Shown piece by piece: positions 27,112 to 36,620 of a DNA stretch of 64,000 nucleotides. Below the pieces are notes generated by a model. It did no database searches. It was not told where the DNA came from and was given only the letters and a program-made list of their open reading frames with translations. The position numbers were made by a program, and so were the translations under genes. The stretch's first letter is position 1. Every line of letters begins with the position of its first letter. The stretch is from NCBI RefSeq assembly GCF_006345805.1, contig NC_043001.1, forward strand, positions 32,488,001-32,552,000, read 5' to 3'. This DNA is from Octopus sinensis. Taxonomy: Eukaryota.

Positions 27112-27168
27112 CAGTTTGGCGGCGCCTGGTTACCGTTTGTTTTCTACCTTGTTATTTTCCATCATTCT

Positions 27169-27895
27169 GAGAGTCGGAATTACTCCCGCCGTTTGCCCGC
27201 GCTTATTCTTTCGCGTTGTGCGCCGACCGACTGGCAGCATTCGTGGACTTCGGATTGCTCCGTCGATTCCCAGTCGTCATGCGGCGACCGCGCTCCTTTA
27301 GGAAGACGTCTCATCGACGGAACGATGCAGTCACTCGCACCAGTCTTACGCATTTGGCTGCGCCGCGCACTCGCCTCTGTAAGGAAACGCGTAACGACGC
27401 ACGCACTCCTGCTCGATACCTCTGCTGAATATGACGACTAGCAACTCGGTTAGTCGCCCGCCGCCGCTGCCGCGTGCCTAACACACAGACACACGAACTC
27501 GCGCTCGATATCGCCGCGGAGGCGCTTCGGATTTCCACCAGAGTTCCCTCTGGCTTCGTCCCGACCGGGTGTGGATCACCATCTTTCGGGTCCCCGACCG
27601 CCTGCTACACCTGAGTCGGAGCGGGAAGGCAACGACGCGCACAAACAAGGTCGCGAACGCGCGGACTCGGCGCGGGAACGATGCTTCGAGGCGCCGCGCG
27701 CGAGCCCGAACGACGCGAGCGTCACTGTCGTCGCGAGCGATGACGTGTCACGTTCTCACTTTCGCTGTGCCGTCGGAGTTCGCGAAGTGAAAGGCTCCAA
27801 CGACTCGCAGTCGACTGGGACACCTGGGTCCGTGTCTCAAGATGGGTCGAGTAGGTTGCCGATGCACGCCGCTGACCGGCGGCAGCGGGCGGTTT
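27169..27895 (-). pseudogene. GC-rich, internally deleted and diverged 28S rRNA mosaic ending at the R2 target site
   Basis: Contains CGACCCATCTTGAGACACGGACCC (27826-27849, 21/24 to canonical 28S), GGGACCCGAAAGATGGTGA (about 27576-27594), GAAGCCAGAGGGAACTCTGGTGGA (about 27533-27557) and AAGCGCGGGCAAACGGCGGGAGTAATTCCGACTCTC (27169-27204, 32/36), in the correct order within about 0.7 kb. Confidence 0.8.
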
Positions 27896-27919
27896 TTCGG
27901 ATATTGTTTTACAAAATAA

Positions 27920-29240
27920 TAGAGGGTGTCCACAAAGTCTGCGTATATGGGGATTAACATACTTTTAAAACAAACCAATTTTATTTAATTATAATGTTAA
28001 TAAATAATATTTTCAAAGTGATTTCCATCATTTTTCAATGCATAACTTAATGCGCCTTGCAAAATTCAGGTGAATTTGATTAAATAAGTCTACATTGCCA
28101 TCAATTTCAACACACTGACTGGTAATGCGTTCTCTCATGTGTTTTAAATCTGTAATCTTTATTGTAATCATTCTCTTTCAACATACCCCAGAAAAAGAAA
28201 TCAACAGGCGAAAGGTCTGGTGAACGAGGGGACCTTTCCATATGAGCCCTTCTTCCAATCCAGTGAGGAAAAGTGTCATTAAGCCAATCTAACTGTTGTA
28301 GCAAAATGGGTAGGGGCCCCATCCTGCTGAAACCAATTCAGAAGGCCCTCGCCTCGGCGCTCAATTTGAGATATTAATTTGTCTCTCAATATGTTTACAC
28401 AAGTCTCATCCGTTACATGTTCAATGAAGAAGGGTCCTAGAACATGAGCTTTCCACAAACCACACCACACCACCTTTTTGCTGCCTTGCTGTTTTGATGG
28501 ATCCATCCAATGTCGATTACCTAGAGACCAGTATAGAAGATTCTGTCTGTTGACCTCACCATTTACATAAAAGGTAGCTTTCTCACTGAACAACAAAGTT
28601 TTTCGTAAAATTGATATTTTCATCCAATTTATTTGAAAACCATTCGCACGTCTACATTCGTCTATTAGGGTCGTCTTCATTTAAGTGATGCAATATCTTT
28701 AGGTTGTATCGATGAAACTTTTCCTCACCAGCTTTTTGTGGATGGTTGGTTTTGGAACACCTAACACCGTGGATGTCCGACGAAGTGATTTCTTTGGGCT
28801 AGCAGAAACTTTAGCTATGACAGCTTCTTTCGATTCATCTGAAGTCTTTGGTCGCCCGGGATGGGCTTATCCAAAACACTGCCTGTTTCTTTAAATTTCT
28901 TGATCAATTTCCCGACGGCAGTAAAAAAAAAAAGTTTACCTATAAGGGTGTCGAAGATCAAATTCTTCCGCAATTTTGCGATAAGACCATCCCTCTCGTC
29001 CACCTAATAATACTAACTCGATTCTTTCTTCTTTAGACAGATCCATCATTCGATCTGGGATTCTTTCTTCTTTAGACAGAGCCATCATTCGATTATCTGT
29101 AGAAAAAATAACAAATAAATTTAGAAAAGTAAAGTATTTTTTTTTATTTAATTTCAACAAAAGTAAAAAAGAAACCTTATTATTTCTTATATTTGTTTAT
29201 GATTTTATTCCATGTACCCAGACTTCGTGGACAACCTAAA
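27920..29240 (-). mobile_element. Tc1/mariner-superfamily DNA transposon, decayed
   Basis: TIRs GGGTGTCCACAAAGTCTGCGTA (27924-27945) and TACCCAGACTTCGTGGACAACC (29215-29236). Transposase motifs SEKATFYVNGEVNRQN, WFQQDGAPTH and RSPDLSPVDFFFWG are split across frames. Confidence 0.88.
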
Positions 29241-29267
29241 ATTGCTTTGATTAAAACCCATTCAACA

Positions 29268-30340
29268 TGGAAGAATCCAAGGAGCATTTAAGGCACATAT
29301 AATTCTTTATGAGTACAATAAAGGTAACTCTGCAGCTGAAGTGACTCGAAACATACACTCAGTTTTTGGGAAAGTGCTGAAATGAAAGAACTTGCAGGAG
29401 ATCGTTTGCAAAATTGAAGATGAAGATCGAATAGGATGTCCAGTTGAGTTTGATAATAAGCTCCTTGAGGCATTACTTGAAGAAAATCAGTCATTATCAG
29501 TTGAAGAATTGGCAATAAAGCTTACTTCAAACCATACAACAGTTCATCGTCATTTTCAACAACGTGGAAAGATTCCTAAACTTGGAAAATAGGTGCCTCA
29601 TGTATTGTCCGAAAGCAACCGCAAATCCCGAGTTGAGATCTGCTCTTCTCTCCATTCTCGCAAACTCATTTCACCCTTTTTCAATAGACTTGTGACGAAA
29701 AATGGATTATCTATCGAAATGTTCAACGCCGTAAATAGTGGCTTGGTAAAAGGGAAAATGCTCAACCACAACCGTGAAGGGAACTTCATGGGGAAAAGGT
29801 TCTACTCTATCTGGTGCGATTGCAAAGGCGTAATTCACTTTATATTGTTACCACCTAATGCAACGATTAATGCTCAAGTCTACTGTCAGCAATTAGAGCG
29901 TTTGAACCAAGCTTTGAAGGAAAAAAGAGCCGCTTTAGTGAGTCGAAAATGAGTGATGTTTCACCAGGACAATGCGCAACCCCACACTGCAAAGATCACA
30001 TCACAGAAGACCGAAGAGGTCGGTTTGGAAAATTTTCATCCAACTTATTCTCCCGACCTTACTCCTTTAGGATACCATTTGTTTCATAGTTCCCAGAATT
30101 ATTAGGGGTACACAACTTTCGCAAGCCAGGAGGAGGTCGAACCTGACATTTCAGAGTTCTTCGCTTTTAAAACCAAAAGAGTTTTACATTGATGGGATTA
30201 AAAAGCTTGTAAATGGATGGAAGTATGTCATAGACAATCAGGGAAAGTACATTGATGATTAACTCTCAATTAAATATAACATTTGATCACTTGGACTCTT
30301 TATCCAAAATTCGGACAGAACTTATGGGATGACCTGAGAT
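29268..30340 (+). mobile_element. mariner-type transposon, decayed
   Basis: Contains MEESKEHLRHIILYEYNKGNSAAEVTRNI, (W)VPHVLSESNRKSR, HQDNAQPHT and YSPDL, with a TIR-like 3' end CAGAACTTATGGGATGACCTG. Confidence 0.85.
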
Positions 30341-30529
30341 ATATACACCGGCGAAAATAGTTAATACCGACGATAAAAGTTTTATTTCTTACAAAATATT
30401 TTGTTACTAACACCATACAAATTATTTATATCTTTTACACCTTATGCAAAATTTATTTCTCTTTCGAATGATGCAAACAATTTTTATACAACTTGAAGAA
30501 TTCTAATGCTAAATTAATATATATTTCTC

Positions 30530-30685
30530 AACTGCCCACAGGGGGCTAAACAGAGGGGACAAACAAGGACCGACAAACGGACTAAGTCGATTACATCGAC
30601 CCCAGTGCGTAACTGGTACTTAATTTATCGACCTCGAAAGGATGAAAGGCAAAGTCGACCTCGGCGGAATTTGGACTCAGAACTT
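30530..30685 (-). mobile_element. SINE family 2 3' half with Tx1-like tail
   Basis: Carries the central domain and the tail GTTTGTCCCCTCTGTTTAGCCCCCTGTGGGCAGT on the minus strand. Confidence 0.75.
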
Positions 30686-31200
30686 AATACAAACGTTTCA
30701 AATTTACCGGCAAAATTAAAGACCATGAAATATGTATGCAATTATTTTTCCCAAAATGGGTGGTCACACAACGAGCCTAAATGCACCATATAAAGTTATA
30801 ATTTAATGTTATTATACAATTTATTAATAATGGGAAAACAACGTAGCCTTAGTCCAGTCACGAGAGCAAAAATCGTATATTACAGCAAAAAGTTTCCTTT
30901 TCGAACATCAGCAAGCAACTGAAGTGCAGTAAACCGCCAGTGTGTATATTATATATATATATATATATATATAATGTATATAATACGAGAATTTTAATAG
31001 AGATAACCTGCAGTATATAGTACAACATTTTTGTCTCCGTATATGAGCTAAGTATTAATAAAATGTGGTATACGATAAAAATTTCGGATATTTGTCTTAA
31101 AACATTCAGACAAGAAAATTCAGATGTAGCACATGAGGTATTATTCCATACGAATATACACATACTTATATTAAGAGTTTCATGATAAAAATATTAAAAA

Positions 31201-31768
31201 ATTGGGTTGTCCGGAAAGTTCATGCCGATTTATAGCAGCTTATCTTTCGACTTATTTTAGAACATGTTTGTGTCCATGAAATAGGATTTGACTACATCTC
31301 CATTTAGAGCACAGTTTAAGCTATCTTTTAGTGGAAGAAGGTTTATGTTCCTATAACCTGTGTTAATTCTGAAACCCTTTAAAATAAAAGAAGAGAAAGT
31401 TCATTTTCGGCACTTGATGCTTTGGGAACCAGACAAAAATTGCTGCAGCTCGGCTAGGATGTGTTACCCCCACCCTCCCAATTCCCTAGATATTGCTCCT
31501 TCGGATTTCCACTTATTCAGGTCTCTGCAGAACAGTTTTAAAGGTAAAAATTTTAATTCCTTAGATGACGTAAAAAGATACCTTGACGAATTATTTGTCT
31601 TGAAACTACCCCAATTCTGGGAAGAGGGTATTTTCAAGGTAAAGGAAAGATAGAGACGTATTGTGCAACGAAATGGTTCATATTTGGTTCATTAAAAATG
31701 TAATGGCAAGTATTTAGTGACCTTTACTTTCCTTTAAAAATCGGAACGAACTTTCCGGACAACCCAAT
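31201..31768 (+). mobile_element. Internally deleted mariner (MITE-like, about 570 bp)
   Basis: TIRs ATTGGGTTGTCCGGAAAGTTC and GAACTTTCCGGACAACCCAAT; remnant HPPNSLDIAPSDFHLFRSLQN. Confidence 0.85.
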
Positions 31769-32221
31769 ATAAACATAACAATAAAATACAAATATAAACA
31801 TAAAAAATAAAAACCTAAATTGAAAGAGGCGATTAAAATTTTTTGCCTACCGTGCAGCCGTTTCAGAAGAGTGGGTGTACGAAGTATTCGAAATACAGCC
31901 TTCCTTCCTCAGGGTTCCTTTCTCGAGGTAAAATCCAGCAAAAATCAGAAAAGAACTACATAGTGATGATTCAGATGATTTTATTACTACCCACAAGGGG
32001 CGAACATAGAGGGGACAATACAATCTGATGTGGGGTCAGACATACGGATGGTTTTTACAAAAAATCGGATTTAAAAATATCATGAAATTACAAGAATACA
32101 CACAAAATCAAATGATGGAATAGACCGGAAGACATTACAGATGGAGTGGGTGCGGATTTAGCTCGGACCCCACGAGCCCCGCCTCCCCACTGATACTTTT
32201 GGTTGCGCTTGGTATTACCAT

Positions 32222-35070
32222 TTATGTTGTATCTTTCACTCGCAACTTCCGTGCCACATCTTTCCATCGTTCTTCATACACTCTCCTAGTCAGGCATATT
32301 CTCTCCAGCCCTATCTTCCTTTTCAGGTGGAAGATGAAATAATTCATCAAACCAGGGCCAGAGATGAACTTGCCTGACTGTAAACCTTTCACTCTCGTCT
32401 TCAATATCACCTCTTTCGCAATTGCTACTACAACGAGAAAACGAAACTTACCTTCATTCACGAGGAAATCCGGTGGGTCAATTTTTGTAATCGACACAGT
32501 CGAAAGCTGTACTCTTCGTGTACCTGACAACAGCTGTTCGGCATAAACCCACACCTCAGACACGTCCGGACAATGAACAATAGCGTGCGGGACGGTTTCC
32601 CTATCCCGCCCGCCATCTTGGACATATCGGACTGTCTCGGCCACCGTGCCTTGCGAGTTATCCCGAACAGGTAGAGCTCCTCTGTAGCATTGCCATGCCA
32701 GAGACTTCTGGAAGTTGTCCAGTGTCCTCGGCTTGAACGTACGTCGGAACAGACTGGCCAGCTGATTATCGTCGAGACCTAGGGTTTCCCCCAAGGTATC
32801 TTCACATTCCGCCTCTACCAACCCTCTATAGAAGAATGTGGTGGAACCCCCACCGCAGGCGTTGCCCGAGCGACGGAATAGCAGGAGAGCCTTCCGACAC
32901 TGACTTTTCGCGACTGACTTTTCGCGATTAACTTTTGCTCCTGTCACCGTCTCGTAAACCTCTATGGCCTTGCCTACTTTACATAGGTGGTTCATTTCGG
33001 TTACGATGATGGTGATGTCATCCGCGTACGCTGACACTGATTTTCCATTACCCGGCTGTCGCGGGATGCCGCTCAGTTTTCGCAGTAATGGCTCTAGAGC
33101 CATCACGTACAAAAGCGGGGAGAGCGGACACCCTTGACGAACCGAGCGTTTGATTTTGAACGGCTTCGACAAGAAGCCGTTCACCCGAACTACCGAGTCG
33201 ATGTTATCATACATTTGGATAATCCACCTGAGGAAGCCAAGGCTCAGCCCGAACTGTGCCAGGGCAGATACCAGGTAACGATGGTCGACCCTATCAAAGG
33301 CTTTAGATTGGTCTAAATGGACCAGTACCCCACCCTTGCCAGAATCATTATTAAACCCCTCTATAGTGTACCGCATTAGATGGAGATTATCCTGAATGGA
33401 TCTGCCCGGAACGGCACATGTCTGTGCCTCTCCGATCAGACCATCCGCGACACGCGCCAATCTTTTCGATAACACTTTGGCCAAAATCTTCAACTCTGTG
33501 TTTAGCAGAGTGATGGGCCTGAAATTATCAATGCACTCCCCTTGCTCGGGTCCTTTCTGACGAGAGTCACTACTCCCCGGCGCACAGATCTGGGTATAAG
33601 CCCGTTCTGCTGCCAGTTCGCATAGACCTCCGCCAGTAGGTGCCCGAACAAGTCTGGCATACTCTTATATAACTCATAGGGTAGACCATCCAAACCCGGC
33701 GCCTTGCCTGCGCCGCAGTCCGCCATTGCCTCAAACACCTCCTCAGGCGTGATTGGCCCTTCACAGCCCTCCGCATCTCGCCCCGATAAGCGCGGCAGCC
33801 CGTCGAGTAGGTCCGTAAAGGCCCTCCTCCTATCCAGTCCGCCGCACTCACCGAAAAGCTGAGCGAAGTGCTCCTGAAAGGCCTCACACATCTCCTCGGG
33901 TTCATTTATCAACTCACCTTGTTGGTTCGTCAAAGATCGAATCGTGGCACCGTTACCATGCTGAGCTTCCACCTCTCGGGCCCATCTCACGGCGTTGATT
34001 CCTTCACATCCCATATGGCGGATTCTAGCCCTGACAATGCAGCCCATGTGTTTGGCCTCGAGGTGCTGGTTTAACACCAGTCTCTTGGACGCCACCTGAG
34101 CCGCAGAGCCAGTTTTCATGGCTTCCTCTAATTCCTTAACTAGAGTATTATCCCCTCTAGCCTCTCTAGCCACTACTCCTATGCTATATCTAATAGACTC
34201 AAACTTGATGGCTCGTTTGAGGGCATACCACCATTTGTTATTAATGATGGTACCGGATAGTGCCCTCTGAATTATGTTCCTAATCCGGTCTTTGTACTCC
34301 TTAATCGCCAATAGGGACGTATTAAGTTTCCAGTAACCGGATCCTCTATTTCTAACCTTATCTATGTCAAGCTTACAAGTGACCATTTTATGATCACTGT
34401 AGCTGATCGGGTAAAACTGTGGACACTTAGCTATTTTACTGTCTACTTTTCTAATTAGAATTCTATCTATATATGACCTGGAAGATCCGTCGCTGTTTGA
34501 CCATGTCCACAATGGAGCGTTCGGAAATTCCAGCCTATACGGATCTGCTAGCTCAAAGCGGCTTAGCAGTTCCATGAAGCCACTGTTACCTCTCCTATCT
34601 GGACACGAGCCAACACAATCTACATCCGCTTTGCAAATTGTGTTAAAGTCTCCTAGCACCACTAATGAATGCGAAGTACCAAGAAATTTTTCTAGATCAC
34701 GAAAATAATCACTTTGCCCTTTTTTACTGTTGGGTGCGTAAATTGCAACCAGTCTGATAACTTTACCATTACTGAACGTCAAATCCATGACGACCAGCCT
34801 ACCTTCTGGATCTGCAAAAATTAACTTTTTCTCAGAAACCCGGTTTCTTTTTAATAGGACCAACACCCCTCTCCCGCCTGTAGGACTGCCAGGAGAGAAA
34901 AAACTCTCGTAGCCGTCAAACAGCGGGAGAAGACCTCTTGGCCCCTCTAACCAGGTTTCTGTAGCAACAATAACATCTAATTACGCGACCTGATATCATG
35001 CAGGAAGCGACCTTGCTTCCAGCCTGCTCCCAGGCCGCGCACATTCAAACAACCAACATAAATGTAATCA
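32222..35070 (-). pseudogene. Family A copy 1 ORF2 (APE endonuclease, RT), frameshifted and deleted
   Basis: ORFs 33502-34866 and 32222-33493. Confidence 0.9.
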
Positions 35071-35384
35071 TTACTTACCTTATATCAGTGGTTCGGTTTT
35101 TTCGTTTTCTTCTTTTTGTGTCTTTTTTCTGGGCCTCGTGGGGGAGTCTGACGCAGGCCCTCGAATATATATGGAGATGTTATATCCATTCTGAGCGGGC
35201 CTACGTCATGAAAAAATTCGGACTTTATCCGTCCGTAATCCTTCCGGCCTATTCTGTACAATACATAGTCATTTTTCCTCCCAATTTTTTCTACTTTGGC
35301 CATCGCTGCCAACACATTACCGAGTCTATTGTTCGTGGCCTTAACGGCCATAAATGAGTTCAACGACTCTTTTTTTTTTTTGGT

Positions 35385-36398
35385 TTACTTTGGGAGGGGT
35401 GGTTTCAGTTTTTCTTTTTTTCTAGTGATTTTTGACCACCCCTCCTCCTTTTTCGTTTCCTCGCTCGTTTTTTCCTCCGCCGTTGGTTCCGCTGCCTCTG
35501 TCACCTCCACACCTTCAGCCGTCCCTCCTGGGCCGACCAGCGCTGTTTCTGATGACACCTCTTCTGCTTTTCCACTTGGCTGAGCTGCTTCCTGCGGTTT
35601 AGGTTGGGGTTGGCATTCTGCCCTTACATGCCCTTTCTTACCGCAGCCGAAGCACCTCGGCTTTCTGCCCTCTACGAAGACTGTGACTCTCTCATCTTCG
35701 CTTATCTTTAGAGTCTCTGGAATCTCCTCCAGGGTTTGTATTTCTGCCTGGATGGCTATTATTATCCGTTGCCCTTTCCAGAATTCTTCCTCCTCTACAG
35801 TGGCCTGGAGGATGTTTATTTTTTCCTCCAGGCCTACCATAACTGCTGCCACCAGAACTTCGGCATCCGCTTCTGGCGGAATATTATTCATTGTGATCTT
35901 GGATGTTCTTTTGCCTTTATACAGGGGTAGGAGAACAATATCCTCCGCTTTTATTGGTTCCATGGATAGCTTCTTCGCTACCTCCTCTGATGTGAATCTC
36001 ACCTCCACTGTGCCGTATTTCTTCCCTCGATTGATATATGTGATTTTATCCATTATCGGCTTTAAGCAATTTTCGATTTTTTTCTCCTCTATTTTTTGTA
36101 TTGATCTGCTTGTTGTATTGAAGGTCTTATAAATTATTCTTCTATTTGTAATTTCCTCCTGTTTTTGGGCGTTTGAAGCCACGGTTACTTCCGTGCCCTC
36201 TTTTGACACACAGTCCGCATGTTTTTTTAGGTTTTCCACATTAATTTTTTAAATTTTCTTGCCAGCTACTTCCGAAAATTTTTTCGCTGGTGCTGGAATC
36301 TTTTTTTTTTTTGGCGACCCCGCCTCTTTTTTCTTTGGCGACACCGCCGGTGATCCTGCATCACTTGTCACAGGTGAATACGAGATGGGTGATTCCAT
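35385..36398 (-). CDS. Family A ORF1 (gag-like, CCHC knuckle); ATG at 36398 with an in-frame TAA at 36249-36251
   Basis: MESPISYSP...SPKKK...FSEVAGKKI* (49 aa) continues in frame into the 284-aa ORF 35385-36239. Confidence 0.75.
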
Positions 36399-36620
36399 CT
36401 CCGATAACTGGCTTTAACAAGCCCTTGGCACAACCAAGATAATGATAGTTTTTCCCCCACGGAGGGGGGAACACCAACACGAAGCCCTCGCACGAAGGCC
36501 GACTTCAATAGTTGTAACAATACAGAAAGACAGCTAGACACACAGTAGATCACCACGGAGAAAATATACACAAGGCAAAAATATAATAACTCACTATACA
36601 CTATGACGAGTATTCAGTTG

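Larger units (their letters stand above)
23035..27168 (-). mobile_element. R2-type non-LTR retrotransposon, apparently full length, decayed by frameshifts and stops
   Basis: In order on the minus strand: C2H2-like CPLC...HLDSRH and CSKC...HAGLC, a third finger remnant GRSQHVRHKHP, Myb-like WSDEEVAVL...KTAKQV, RT motifs (WRPITIC, QRGF, FLDLSKAFDS, GVRQGDALSPILF, YADN, YLGV), CCHC-type CPRC...ET, and endonuclease VVDVTVRLE...EKVHKY. Confidence 0.9.
31978..36620 (-). mobile_element. Tx1/L1-type LINE, family A copy 1 (ORF1 + APE-RT ORF2; about 570-bp internal ORF2 deletion)
   Basis: ORF1 has CFGCGKKGHVRAEC. ORF2 has APE motifs (IYAPN, VLGDFN, IDRI, SDH), RT motifs (LDQSKAFDRVDH, VRQGCPLSPLLY, YADD) and a C-terminal CCHC. 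Ends are defined by junctions shared with the other array units. Confidence 0.92.

Noticed and set aside
27169-27895. Functional nuclear 28S rRNA gene
   Set aside because: Conserved blocks are present but compressed into 0.7 kb with substitutions in near-invariant positions, and no 18S, 5.8S or 3' half of 28S is present.
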